Below are positions 29,081-39,528 of a stretch of 64,000 nt of DNA, in pieces. Source of the stretch: Promethearchaeota archaeon (lineage in GTDB: Archaea; Asgardarchaeota; Lokiarchaeia; Sigyniarchaeales; SOKP01); the NCBI GenBank assembly GCA_048941285.1, contig JBHLNS010000002.1:32001-96000 (forward strand). Reading direction: 5' to 3'. Under the pieces are notes generated by a model, which ran no database searches, was not told the origin of the DNA, and worked only from the letters and a program-made list of their open reading frames with translations. A program made the position numbers and the translations under genes. How positions within the stretch are numbered: position 1 is the first letter of the stretch; each line of letters begins with the position of its first letter.

Positions 29081-30160
29081 ATGACTGAATTAGAAACTTT
29101 TATGGTTTATGAATTGGATGATTCTGGAGAAAAAATTAAATTAGATATAGAGGAAGATCAACTTCAGGAAACTTTGCATTCAGAACAAGTCTTAGTTATA
29201 ATCAGAGAAGATTTGCGGAGAATTTTCATCTGGAAAGGACCAAAATCACCCGTTCGAAAACGATTTATAAGTTCAAGAGTTGCCTCAGCTATTCAAGATG
29301 AATTAATGAAAGATTCTAGATATCATCGATGTAAAATAGTTTCTGTTGATGCAGGCGACGAGCCTACAGAATTCTTAAATGCGTTTAAAATAGAATCAAT
29401 GGAAGTTACTGAGCGACTAGAAGATATGCGTTATATTAGAAATATTGAACGAGAACGAGAAGTTCAAGCAACTATTACAGATATTACTCCAAAAGCAATT
29501 GAAACACAAGAAGAAGAATATTTTTCACCAGCATTACAAGATACTAATAATAAAGTAATAATTTCATCTTATGCTCAGAATATATCTCCACCAAAAACTA
29601 GTAGAACAATGGTAAAACCATATACGTTTAGCAAATCAGTAGGATTATCAGAAGAGCACGCCCAACAAATTAAAGATAAAATTTTAAAAACAAAAATTTC
29701 TAATGGTTATAAAAGAATAAACCTTATTTTAGGACATACCCTTTATGCTGCGGTTTCTAAATCTGCAAAAGTTTTTGGAAAAGATGTTGAAGACACTCAA
29801 TGGGAACCAGTGAAGAAGGTTCCAGAAGATATGATAGAATTAGAAAATCATTTATTAAGAGTCTATTTTGATGAAAACAAAGGAATTGTGGAAGCTGTGG
29901 AAGTATTAGAAAAGCCATCAACACCACTTGAAATAAATTTAATGAAGGAAACCTCGACCAGCTCCACAAAAAAGGTTGAAATTAGTGAAGAAATAATAGA
30001 TTTTCATTCAATGACAGTAAAAGACCTGAAAGCTTATGCTGAAGAGAAAAATATTGAAATATCTGCTCATTTGAGAAAGGCAGAAATAATAGAAATATTG
30101 GAAAAATATAAAGAAAAAAAACCAAGAAGAAAATTACCCGAGATTCCAAAATCTGATTGA
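29081..30160 (+). CDS. Gelsolin-domain protein with C-terminal Rho-N/SAP-like helix-extension-helix
   Basis: LHSEQVLVII..RIFIWKG..SPVRKRF..VDAGDEPTEF gelsolin pattern; SMTVKDLKAYAEEKNI..LRKAEII. Confidence 0.75.
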   Translation: MTELETFMVYELDDSGEKIKLDIEEDQLQETLHSEQVLVIIREDLRRIFIWKGPKSPVRKRFISSRVASAIQDELMKDSRYHRCKIVSVDAGDEPTEFLNAFKIESMEVTERLEDMRYIRNIEREREVQATITDITPKAIETQEEEYFSPALQDTNNKVIISSYAQNISPPKTSRTMVKPYTFSKSVGLSEEHAQQIKDKILKTKISNGYKRINLILGHTLYAAVSKSAKVFGKDVEDTQWEPVKKVPEDMIELENHLLRVYFDENKGIVEAVEVLEKPSTPLEINLMKETSTSSTKKVEISEEIIDFHSMTVKDLKAYAEEKNIEISAHLRKAEIIEILEKYKEKKPRRKLPEIPKSD

Positions 30161-30162
30161 AC

Positions 30163-30738
30163 TTATTCCTTCGTATCTTCTGATTTAGAATTATCTTCAT
30201 GAATTCCCCTGCTTTCTGGTTTTCCCTCATCCATTTCTTTTGGTTTGATCTTTTTTTTAATCTTTCTTAATCCTTCAATAGCTTCCTTTCGTACCAGTGC
30301 ACTTTCATCTTTTAGGGCTTTTGTTAATGCCTCTAGACTATATGGATGATGAATATCTCCCAGCTCATCTGCTGCCTCTTTCCTTACACTCTCATCTGGA
30401 TCATTTAATAAGACATATGTAAGAACTCCTAGAACACTCTTGTCTTCAAAGTCTCCTAATGTATCAACAGCCTCTTTTCTAACCTCAGGATCAGGATCAG
30501 ATACAGCGGTCATAGCTAATTGCTTTGAAATCTCGTCTTTTCCTATTGGTTCTATCTCACTTAAGTCAACTCCGCAATATTTACAGAAGTTATGGGTTAT
30601 TGTAATAGCGCGTCCACATGCAGGACAAATTCTATGGGTACTGAAGTCAATGAAATCTCTTTTAGGGCGATTAGATGCGTGTGTTACCTTATAAGGATTA
30701 AGGTTCGGATCTGGTCTAAAATTTTTATCCCTTCCCAT
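30163..30738 (-). CDS. Zinc-ribbon plus HEAT (PBS-lyase-type) repeat protein
   Basis: CPACG..FCKYCG; three VRKEA repeats. Confidence 0.85.
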   Translation of the reverse strand: MGRDKNFRPDPNLNPYKVTHASNRPKRDFIDFSTHRICPACGRAITITHNFCKYCGVDLSEIEPIGKDEISKQLAMTAVSDPDPEVRKEAVDTLGDFEDKSVLGVLTYVLLNDPDESVRKEAADELGDIHHPYSLEALTKALKDESALVRKEAIEGLRKIKKKIKPKEMDEGKPESRGIHEDNSKSEDTKE

Positions 30739-30846
30739 AATAATCTCAAGAAATTATTAATTCTATAGATGAATAATGTTGTTTTTCTTTTTAATTTTAA
30801 TTCAATAAAAATAAAATTGTTAAAATAAAGAGAAAGAGAAAATTTC

Positions 30847-31920
30847 TTATGCTATAGTAATATCTTTGCATAAATAGACATCTTGTACTGCATTCAAAAT
30901 TTTAATTCCTTCTACAGTCGGTTTTTTAAAAGCTTTTCTTCCTAATATTAACCCCATCCCTCCTGAACGTTTATTGATAACCGCAGCGGTTACGGAATCC
31001 TGTAAATCATTTCCTCCAGTTTCTCCTCCAGAATTTATAAGTCCAGCTCTCCCCATGAAACAATTTGCTACTTGGTAGCGATTCCATTCAATTGGGTGAT
31101 CTGTTGCTAACTTTTCATAAACCAGTTTATCTGTTTTACCAAATTTTAGATCAATAAAACCTCTACTAATTGTAGAAAGTTTTTGTTTTATAATATCTGC
31201 CTCAATAGTGACTCCAAGATAATTAGCTTGACTTTCTAAATCATTTGCGGTGTGATAATCTTTTCCATCTTTAATGAATTCTTCTTTATTCCTTAAATAA
31301 CACCAGAGTATACAGACCAATCCTAATTCATGAGCATATTTAAAAGATTCACTTATTTCTTGAATTTGGCGTCTTGATTCATTAGACCCGAAGTAAATTG
31401 TAGCTCCTACTGCTGCTGCTCCCATATCCCATGCTTGATCAACATTCGCAAATAGTGTTTGATCAGAAATTTCTGGTTTCGTTAAGAGCTCATTGTGATT
31501 TATTTTTACGATAAATGGGATTTTATGAGCATATCTCCTTGAAACAGAACCTAATATTCCAAGAGTTGACGCAACCGCATTACAACCCCCATTGATTGCT
31601 AATTTAATAATATTTTCTGGATCAAAATATGATGGGTTTACTGCAAAACTAGCAGAAGCTGTGTGCTCAATTCCTTGATCCACAGGTAATACTGAGAGAT
31701 AACCCGTTCCTGCTAACCTCCCAGTTTGATTAAATAATCGTTCCATATTATTCAACACTAAATTATTCCTATCAGTATGTACTATCACTCGTTCTATATA
31801 ATCAGGTCCAGGAGGGTGAATCATCTCCTTAGGTATTCCTTGACATATATGATTTAATAAATTTTCAGCATCAGTTCCCAATAGACTTTTTATTTCTTCA
31901 AAATTCATTTTAATCATCAA
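30847..31920 (-). CDS. fbaB: Class I fructose-bisphosphate aldolase (DhnA/FbaB type)
   Basis: [49 protein letters not shown]. Confidence 0.93.
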   Translation of the reverse strand: MMIKMNFEEIKSLLGTDAENLLNHICQGIPKEMIHPPGPDYIERVIVHTDRNNLVLNNMERLFNQTGRLAGTGYLSVLPVDQGIEHTASASFAVNPSYFDPENIIKLAINGGCNAVASTLGILGSVSRRYAHKIPFIVKINHNELLTKPEISDQTLFANVDQAWDMGAAAVGATIYFGSNESRRQIQEISESFKYAHELGLVCILWCYLRNKEEFIKDGKDYHTANDLESQANYLGVTIEADIIKQKLSTISRGFIDLKFGKTDKLVYEKLATDHPIEWNRYQVANCFMGRAGLINSGGETGGNDLQDSVTAAVINKRSGGMGLILGRKAFKKPTVEGIKILNAVQDVYLCKDITIA

Positions 31921-32010
31921 ATTTGCATTTAAATTTAAATTAATGAAGAAATAGGAGTGCTAAAATAAAATATTTTTCTTTTGGTTTCTGAGAAAAGAAA
32001 TCAATTTTAA

Positions 32011-32328
32011 TTATTCAAAACTTTTTGAGCCATTAAAAAATTCTTTTATTAATTCTGAAATTAGTGTGAAATTACTAGAAGACGCTTTAGGACTTTCACT
32101 TTCCAATTTTAAAGATATTTTTCTTTTCTCAATTCCACTAGACTCTAGTTTAATTATAAGCTTTTTATTTTCATTTTTTGAAACCTTAGAGGGGGATGAA
32201 TTTTCACTCCACAAACTATCAATTTTATTCCCTACTATCTCTTTATTATTGGAAGTTCCAATTTCGGAGTTTTTAGATAATTTTATTTTTTCCAATTTAA
32301 ACCCTTTATTTTTTAGATATAAATTCAA
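32011..32328 (-). CDS. Hypothetical protein
   Basis: K/E/S-rich 105-aa ORF; composition fits this genome's coding strand better than the antisense ORF does. Confidence 0.45.
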   Translation of the reverse strand: MNLYLKNKGFKLEKIKLSKNSEIGTSNNKEIVGNKIDSLWSENSSPSKVSKNENKKLIIKLESSGIEKRKISLKLESESPKASSSNFTLISELIKEFFNGSKSFE

Positions 32329-32436
32329 TAATTTACTTTTAAGCTAATTATTTAAAGCCCTTCTATAATTTAACATTAAAGTAATACAAAACATTGAAAA
32401 CCCAAAACTTTTCTTTTCTTATTATTTTTCTCAAAT

Positions 32437-32775
32437 ATGCCCGATGAGTTTGATTTTAAGAATTATAAAACAATGGAAGAATTTAGTAAGACAGTTGAGG
32501 GAACACGATATTTACATGAGCTTTATCTTAAAGCTGTTAATCATCCCATCAGGCGAGAAATCCTAAATATAATAAACGATGCGAAGCGAATTTCAAAGAC
32601 CGAATTGTTAAAAAAGCTTGTTAAAGATAAAATTCTCGATGATGAATCAATGCTAAATTATAATATTGATTTTTTAATCAAAGCTTTTTGTATTAATTCT
32701 GTAAAAGATGAAGATACTGGCAAAATTCTTTATGAAATAACTCAAAGTGGAAAAATAATTGAATATTTAAAATAA
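32437..32775 (+). CDS. ArsR-like winged-helix protein
   Basis: KAVNHPIRREIL...YEITQSG. Confidence 0.7.
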   Translation: MPDEFDFKNYKTMEEFSKTVEGTRYLHELYLKAVNHPIRREILNIINDAKRISKTELLKKLVKDKILDDESMLNYNIDFLIKAFCINSVKDEDTGKILYEITQSGKIIEYLK

Positions 32776-32788
32776 AAATTATTTATTT

Positions 32789-33259
32789 TTATGTTTCTCT
32801 CAGAAATTGCTTATAGCAACTACAACATGGAACTCCAAATTGAAATTTTATTTTTTTTAAGTTTTCTTTCTTTAATGTCATCAGTCTTATCAATTCTTTT
32901 ATAATAAATTTCTTATCATCATCAAAAAATATGTGCTTTAAATTAAAGAAGTGATTTTGATTACCACATATAGGACAAATCCTATAAAATCTAATAAAAT
33001 TATAAAAAATTTCTCTTTCTTTATCTGTTAATGCTTTAATTTTTAAGTCTGGATTATTTCTAATTAATTCTCTTAAATTATTTAACTCATTTATCATTTC
33101 ATCTCTTAGAAAAGTAGAATTACTATTTACTGATACAATATTATTAGTGTTTTCTTGGTTCACCAAGTCTTGGTTATCGAATTTATCAATATATTCGACT
33201 GCTTCGTTAAAGAATTTCAAGCGAGTATTTCTCTTTTTTTCACTCATATAAAAATACAA
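32789..33259 (-). CDS. Hypothetical zinc-binding protein
   Basis: CPICG..H and PCCSCY motifs. Confidence 0.6.
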   Translation of the reverse strand: MYFYMSEKKRNTRLKFFNEAVEYIDKFDNQDLVNQENTNNIVSVNSNSTFLRDEMINELNNLRELIRNNPDLKIKALTDKEREIFYNFIRFYRICPICGNQNHFFNLKHIFFDDDKKFIIKELIRLMTLKKENLKKIKFQFGVPCCSCYKQFLRET

Positions 33260-33316
33260 TTATAATTTTTGGAACTTTTCAAAAGAATATTTAGATATTC
33301 TTTCTAAAAAATTTTA

Positions 33317-34603
33317 TTAAAGAAATTTCAAATTTTTTTCATTTCCATTAAATAAATCGTTCTCCTTTTCACCTTCTAATCTTCTAAAGTCAATTATTTT
33401 TGTTGGAGCAAAATACTCAAAATCAAATTCAACTTCATCTCCCGATTTTTTCCCAGGAATGGGCATAAGTCTACAAGTTAATGGTTTATTTAAAACAACA
33501 GATATCGTGCATATGTCAAGTAATATATAAAATAATTCACGTTCTGTTATATCTCCCGGAAGTGGAACTACATCTAAACCAGCTCCGCACATAGTAGAAT
33601 ACAATATAAGGGAATCTAAATTAAATTTATTTTCAGCTAATCTTCTTGATAATATAGAATCCTCTAATACAGGTTGCATAAATCCCGAAAATCCTATCAC
33701 TTTTTCTTTATTAATTGGAATCGAATTCTTTATAAGTGCTACTGCTGTCAGCGTTCCATTAGCTCCAAAATAATCAATCCCTAATTTTTCTATAGCTGTT
33801 CCAATGCTCTTCTCAATCTTTGGAAAGGGAGCTGGAGAAAAATCTATCCCTTTGAACTCTATATCAAAATTCCTTGATAATTTTTCTGCCATTTTTGTTA
33901 AAAGATCATAGATTTCATTAAATTTTGCAAGTAAATTATGCTGAGCATCCCCAAATGAATTTGATTGCTCAATAACATTAACCACTTCATCTGCCATTTC
34001 TAGAGCTAATGAAAAACCAGGCTTTTCTGATAAATGATAAGCAGCAGGGAAAAAAGGAGTATTTGGACCTACATTAGTAGAAATACAAAATTGCAGATTA
34101 TTGAAGGGATCGGGGTCTGAAGAACTTTTTATTATTTTTGCTCCTGATCTTAACGCAGTTAAGTTAATTCCTTTTTCTGTCGAAGCTACAGGCAAAGATG
34201 TAAAAAAATTACGTTTATTTTGGATAAAATGTGGCACTTCATTTAATAGAAGTTTTTCAAAAATTCCTAATTCTTGCATTTGGTCAGCTCTCATAATGGC
34301 ACAGGCGAAATAATTAATATCATAATCCATGAATACGTCTTGTAAAAACTGTAATTGATCATCTATCTTCCCAATTGTTTCTTTTAAATTTTTTTCATAA
34401 AATAACTTGTTATCGTAAGAAAAAAGTGGCTGTGAAGAGATTCTTTTAGTCTCTATTTCAATACCAATTTCTTTTAGCATATCACTAAATTCATTAAAGA
34501 AAGAGCCAAATTTTCTTAATTTGTCCTGCAGAAATGATAAAATTGTTTCATTTTTTAATAAAAATGGAATCATCTGCCCAATGGTAATAGCACGGATTCT
34601 CAT
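33317..34603 (-). CDS. DUF711 (UPF0210)-family protein
   Basis: MRIRAITIG, PFFPAAYH, GIDFSPAP, GFSGFMQPVLED, CGAGLDVVPLPGD, KPLTCRLMP. Confidence 0.85.
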   Translation of the reverse strand: MRIRAITIGQMIPFLLKNETILSFLQDKLRKFGSFFNEFSDMLKEIGIEIETKRISSQPLFSYDNKLFYEKNLKETIGKIDDQLQFLQDVFMDYDINYFACAIMRADQMQELGIFEKLLLNEVPHFIQNKRNFFTSLPVASTEKGINLTALRSGAKIIKSSSDPDPFNNLQFCISTNVGPNTPFFPAAYHLSEKPGFSLALEMADEVVNVIEQSNSFGDAQHNLLAKFNEIYDLLTKMAEKLSRNFDIEFKGIDFSPAPFPKIEKSIGTAIEKLGIDYFGANGTLTAVALIKNSIPINKEKVIGFSGFMQPVLEDSILSRRLAENKFNLDSLILYSTMCGAGLDVVPLPGDITERELFYILLDICTISVVLNKPLTCRLMPIPGKKSGDEVEFDFEYFAPTKIIDFRRLEGEKENDLFNGNEKNLKFL

Positions 34604-34755
34604 ATTTATCCTGTTAAATTATAAATTTATGATAAAAATTCGCGTAATATAATATAATAGAAAATATCTATTTATAAGCTTTATAAGAGATAAGCTTTAT
34701 AAAATTGAATTTTCTAGGTGAGAATCATTTAAAGTACGCCATATTGTATTATGCC

Positions 34756-37146
34756 TTATAGTTCATTTAATTTTGCTTTATCTTTTAATGGTTCTTTAAC
34801 AGAGGGAGGTTTTATGAATTCATTTGGTCGAATTGGACCTAAATTAGCTATGTCTTCGTTAAAATCTTTTATTATTTTTGCATATTTATCTGCTTCTCCA
34901 GCTGAGACAGATACAATTTTTACTCTATTTTCATTAATTCCCACTTCTGCCAACATTTGCTTAATGCTTTCATATCTAGTTTTAGCTTTAATAAATCCCT
35001 CTTGATAGTGGCAGTCTTGTTCATGACAACCAGCAATTAAAACCCCATCAGCTCCATAAAATAAACTTTCGAATACTAAAGATGGGTTCAACATGGCGGT
35101 GCACATTACATGAATGGTTCTTACATTAGTAGGATATGTTAGTTTATTTACTCCAGCTAGATCAGCACCAATATAGGAGCACCAATTGCATAGGAAAGCA
35201 ATAATAAGAGGGAACTCACTTTTTTTAGCTAATATTGTTTTAATTTGATTGGAGATTTGATTTTTTGTAAAACCGGGGATATATAACGCATCCTCGGGAC
35301 ACATTGCAGCACATGCACCACATCCAGTGCAGTTGGCAGGGATTATCCTTAACTCTTTCTCTTCAATCTTTAAGGCATTAAACATGCATATATTTTCACA
35401 TAATCTACATAATGTACATTTATCTTTGTCAAAATAAACTACATGTGGGTCTAATTCTACTTTTCCTTTAGAAATCAGTGAAATAGCTTTTGCTGCTGCG
35501 CTTTCTGCTTGCGCAATGCTATTCGGTATATCTTTTGGGCCTTGGATTACTCCTGCTAGAAATATTCCATTTACAGAAGTTTCAGATGGCTTCACTTTTA
35601 GATGTTTTTCAAGTAGAAAACCATTTGGATCAAGGGAAATATTGAGAATTTGGCTCAATTCATCTGTACCTACGGGAGGTTCAATACCAACGGCAAGAAT
35701 TACTAAATCTGTTTTATTTTCAAAAAGTGAATCTTCAATTACATCTTCGCCTCGAACTATTAACTCATCAGATGTATCACTTTTTAATATTGCCGAGACA
35801 TTACTCTTAATAAAGCGTATTCCAAAGGATTCCATGGCTCTATTATAAAACTCCTCGCAATTCTTGCCTACTGCTCTAATATCTGTATAATAAACATTGA
35901 CCTCTACACTAGGATACTCCTTTTTTAATAAAATTGCTTGTTTAATAGATTCATTGCAGCAAACTTGACTACAATATTCATGATGTATTTTTTTATTCCG
36001 AGAACCAACACATAAAACAAAAGAAACCTTCTTAGGGGGTTTCCCATTAGAAGGTCTTACCACTTTTCCATGAGTTGGACCATCGTTATTAAGTAATCTC
36101 TCCATTTGCATCGTAGTGATGACATCAGAATATTTATTATATCCCAATTCTCCTAATATTGATGGATCAAAAGTTTTAAACCCAGTTGCAACGATAATTG
36201 ATCCTACTTTAAAATTTATAATTTCTGGTTTTTGTTCAAAATCAATAGCATCTCTATCGCAGGCTTGAGCACACGCTTTACATCCGATACAATGCTCCTC
36301 TAAAATGTTAGGAAATAAAGGTATTGCTTGAGGATAAGGAACATCGATAGCTTTCCTAGGGAAAAAATTATCCTCTATATTAATTGGACAGACTTCCCGA
36401 CAAATATCAAAACATCCAACGCAATCCTCTTCTACTATAAACCGAGGTTTCTTTTTTATTTTTATATCAAAATTCCCAATATACCCATCCACACTTTCTA
36501 CAGACGAATATGTTAACAATTCAATATTCGGATGATCTTTAACCTCAGTCATCATTGGTCCTAAAATACATATACTACAGTCAAGCGTTGGAAACGTTTT
36601 ATCAAACAATGCCATATGTCCTCCTATAGTTGGTTCTTTTTCAACTAAAAAGACTTTATTACCTGTATCAGCAATTACGAGAGCTGCCTTGATCCCTGCA
36701 ATACCTCCTCCAATGATTAACACTGCGGGTGAGACATTTGAATACTGAAGCTCTAGCGGTTCTAAAAGCTTAACTTGCTCTATTGCCATATTTATCTGAT
36801 CAATTGCCTTTTTTGTTGCTTTTTCTGGCTCATCATAATGTACCCATGAATTTTGTTCTCTTATATTTGCAAATGATATTAAAAATCTATTAATTCCAGC
36901 TTTTTCAATTGTTTTGCGAAATAAGGACCCATGCAATTTAAATGAACAGGCAGCTATTACAATTCGATCAACTTCTTTTTCTTTTATTTCATCAATTATC
37001 TTATTTAATCCTAATTCTGAACATAAATATTGATCCCTAAATACATGTATATCAGGGTATTTCTCAAAATGTTTGATTAATAAATCATTATCGATTACAC
37101 CACTAATATTTTTACCACAATCGCAGATAAATAAACCAATTTTCAA
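34756..37146 (-). CDS. hdrA: Heterodisulfide reductase subunit A fused to MvhD (HdrA-MvhD)
   Basis: ICDCG, NIREQ, GGGIAG, DKTFPTLDCSIC, CVGSR, GPKDIP, ferredoxin motifs; C-terminal FLCNWCSY..GCHEQDCHY MvhD domain. Confidence 0.93.
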   Translation of the reverse strand: MKIGLFICDCGKNISGVIDNDLLIKHFEKYPDIHVFRDQYLCSELGLNKIIDEIKEKEVDRIVIAACSFKLHGSLFRKTIEKAGINRFLISFANIREQNSWVHYDEPEKATKKAIDQINMAIEQVKLLEPLELQYSNVSPAVLIIGGGIAGIKAALVIADTGNKVFLVEKEPTIGGHMALFDKTFPTLDCSICILGPMMTEVKDHPNIELLTYSSVESVDGYIGNFDIKIKKKPRFIVEEDCVGCFDICREVCPINIEDNFFPRKAIDVPYPQAIPLFPNILEEHCIGCKACAQACDRDAIDFEQKPEIINFKVGSIIVATGFKTFDPSILGELGYNKYSDVITTMQMERLLNNDGPTHGKVVRPSNGKPPKKVSFVLCVGSRNKKIHHEYCSQVCCNESIKQAILLKKEYPSVEVNVYYTDIRAVGKNCEEFYNRAMESFGIRFIKSNVSAILKSDTSDELIVRGEDVIEDSLFENKTDLVILAVGIEPPVGTDELSQILNISLDPNGFLLEKHLKVKPSETSVNGIFLAGVIQGPKDIPNSIAQAESAAAKAISLISKGKVELDPHVVYFDKDKCTLCRLCENICMFNALKIEEKELRIIPANCTGCGACAAMCPEDALYIPGFTKNQISNQIKTILAKKSEFPLIIAFLCNWCSYIGADLAGVNKLTYPTNVRTIHVMCTAMLNPSLVFESLFYGADGVLIAGCHEQDCHYQEGFIKAKTRYESIKQMLAEVGINENRVKIVSVSAGEADKYAKIIKDFNEDIANLGPIRPNEFIKPPSVKEPLKDKAKLNEL

Positions 37147-37400
37147 TTTTATCCTACTCCGAAATAAGATATATTTGTTTTTCTTTAATTATTATAAAGT
37201 CGATTTTTTAATAACTATTGAGATTAATTAAATTAGGATTTTAATATCACAAATTTATAAAATTAAATGATTATCTAATTAAATAGAAATCTAATTTTTT
37301 ACTATTGGAAAAACTCGTATTCATTTGAAAATAGAAAGTTTTAAATTCTTGATATACAGACAATTGCGATTCTATATTTCATTTTATGAGATAAAATGAT

Positions 37401-37475
37401 ATTAAGTATATAATAAGAAATATGTAAAACCTTTTAAATTGGGCAAGACAATTTAACTGTAATTCCGATATGGAA
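37401..37475 (+). promoter_or_regulatory. Conserved upstream element, copy 1 (promoter plus leader with TTCC-N5-GGAA hairpin)
   Basis: Near-identical to 38535-38609; contains the TATA-like TTTTAAA and a 28-nt exact match. Confidence 0.7.
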
Positions 37476-37517
37476 AAAAAAATTTAAACAAAAATAAAAA
37501 ATAAAAAGTGATATTGT

Positions 37518-38180
37518 ATGGGAGAAGAACGAGGAGTAATGACTCCTACTAAATTAGTTCTCTTTATTGCTATGCTGTTGATCTTTGCACAAGGAATATT
37601 TTATTTCTATGCATTTGCTCTATTGCCATTGCTGGGAATGCTTATTCTCTATGGAATCCTATGTATTGTTTTCGCTATTATAATCTTTATTTCCTTAGAT
37701 CTGATTGGTTTAGGACCAGTTAAACTACCTTACTTTTGGTGGCTAATGCTTATTATCGGTGTAATTTTGATATTATTTGATTGGTTAAACGATGGTAGTT
37801 ATTTAAACGGTACTCTTGTAATTTTAGCTGTATTGATGGAATTAGTTGGAGGAAAAATGAAACTTGAAGGCTGCAAATTTATGGTATTCTTTGGAGTACT
37901 CTTTGGTATCTGGGATTGTGTTACAATTTTCATTGGTTACGCACCTGGTGGAGAATTAGGACTAATAAACGGGATTTTTGGTCTAATCTTGATGATAATT
38001 TTGTTAATATTAGTGTTTGATTTCTTTGATATTAAAATTCCCTATAAATGGTGGGTTCTTTTAATTATCGCATTTGTTATGTATACATTTGTAGAGGGAT
38101 TTGCTGGAGGATTCCCTGTAACTGGATTCAGCGGAACGGTTTTAATGATTGCTTGGGTTTGTCATATTTACTTCAAATAG
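37518..38180 (+). CDS. Polytopic membrane protein, internally duplicated; paralog of 38655-39392
   Basis: Very hydrophobic; repeats KLPYFWWLMLII and KIPYKWWVLLII. Confidence 0.75.
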   Translation: MGEERGVMTPTKLVLFIAMLLIFAQGIFYFYAFALLPLLGMLILYGILCIVFAIIIFISLDLIGLGPVKLPYFWWLMLIIGVILILFDWLNDGSYLNGTLVILAVLMELVGGKMKLEGCKFMVFFGVLFGIWDCVTIFIGYAPGGELGLINGIFGLILMIILLILVFDFFDIKIPYKWWVLLIIAFVMYTFVEGFAGGFPVTGFSGTVLMIAWVCHIYFK

Positions 38181-38337
38181 ACTGGTTTTTAATATTATTC
38201 GTGATAAATAAATTAATTTTTTTTTTTTTTCTTTTCACAAAACCCTTAGCTCCTAATGTTTAGCTAAAAAGTTAGTGTTTAGACTTTTTGCAATTGTAAT
38301 TCATGAAAGTAAATCCCTCTAATTATATGTTTTTTTG

Positions 38338-38496
38338 TCTTCTAGCATTTTTTCAGAGAGAAAAGGATAACTTTAAGAATATTAAATTTGTGTTATTTCA
38401 TTTCTAAGAAGTAATTCTTCTCCATTTCGTATTTGTATTTTGCCCTTTTTAGAATTTCGTCTTTCATATTAAATATTCCTTTCAGAAGTTGCAGTC
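38338..38496 (-). pseudogene. Degraded copy of the 3' end of the YkgJ-family gene at 39529-40122
   Basis: Reverse strand reads LQLLKGIFNMKDEILKRAKYKYEMEKNYFLEMK*HKFNILKV, versus LQLLKGKFYTREEILKWAKEEYEIEMKYFLEMKKHKFNILKV in the intact gene; premature stop followed by a frameshift. Confidence 0.85.
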
Positions 38497-38534
38497 AATT
38501 ACTTTTCTTATCATAAGTGTCAAAATTGTATCCT

Positions 38535-38609
38535 ATTAAGTATATAATAAGAAATTTATAAAAGCTTTTAAAGTAGGCAAAACAATTTAACTGTAATTCC
38601 GATATGGAA
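38535..38609 (+). promoter_or_regulatory. Conserved upstream element, copy 2
   Basis: ATTAAGTATATAATAAGAAAT...ACAATTTAACTGTAATTCCGATATGGAA shared with 37401-37475. Confidence 0.7.
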
Positions 38610-38654
38610 TAATAACAATTTAATTAATTTAAAAAATATAGAACGTGATTTTAT

Positions 38655-39392
38655 ATGGGAGAAGAAAGTAGAGAGATGACTGCCCCAAAAATAATGTATT
38701 TTATTGGGATGCTATTTTTACTATTTGACGCTGTTGCTTATTTCTGGTTAGCTGATTCCGCATTTACTGGAGATAATTTATTGATCTTATTTGGTGTTTT
38801 AAACTTGATTTTAATCCTTATTATGTTTTTGTCTTTAGAGCTTGTTGGAACAGGTCGTGTCAAAATTCCTTATTTCTGGTGGCTAATGCTAATAATTGGT
38901 GCGCTCTCAATTGTATTTTCATACCTAATTGCTAATTTCTGGAACTATGGAGAATATTTTATAGGATTACTAGAAATTTTTAATGTAAAGCCAATTCCAT
39001 ACTTCACAGGGGTTTTAATAATACTAGCTGTTTTAATAGAAGTTGCGCCTAAAATAAAAGATTTAAAAAGTTCGAAAGTCGTAGCAATAGTAGGAATTTT
39101 ATTTACAATCTATGATTGTGTTGTTATGATTATATTACAAACTTATACATTCTTTTTGATAACCGCAATTGTTGGCATCATTTTAGCAGTCATTCTCCTA
39201 ATAATAGTTCTAGGTTTTATTGACATCAGAATCCCCAATACCTGGTGGGTTGTTCTTACATTCGCTTTTGTAATCTATATTTGGGTTGTACCTACACTAG
39301 TAGCAGCTTGGGCATCAACATTTGTTCCTTTGACTGGTTTTGGCGGACTATTCCTACTAATTGCAGTGCTACTAATGCTATTTGGTATGTAA
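38655..39392 (+). CDS. Polytopic membrane protein; paralog of 37518-38180
   Basis: MGEE start, VKIPYFWWLMLIIG, IRIPNTWWVVL, TGFGG. Confidence 0.75.
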   Translation: MGEESREMTAPKIMYFIGMLFLLFDAVAYFWLADSAFTGDNLLILFGVLNLILILIMFLSLELVGTGRVKIPYFWWLMLIIGALSIVFSYLIANFWNYGEYFIGLLEIFNVKPIPYFTGVLIILAVLIEVAPKIKDLKSSKVVAIVGILFTIYDCVVMIILQTYTFFLITAIVGIILAVILLIIVLGFIDIRIPNTWWVVLTFAFVIYIWVVPTLVAAWASTFVPLTGFGGLFLLIAVLLMLFGM

Positions 39393-39528
39393 AATAGAGT
39401 AATTATTAAGTAAATTACAAATCTTTTTTTTTTCTATTTTAATTAAAAAACGAAGTATATTGCTTTAATCTAAATTCCGCTCTGATCATCATACATCATA
39501 ATAATTAATCCCTCTCGTATGATCTTAT

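Noticed and set aside
34756-37146. Selenocysteine recoding in HdrA/MvhD
   Set aside because: The ORF is uninterrupted and all ligand positions are Cys; I saw no in-frame TGA or SECIS.
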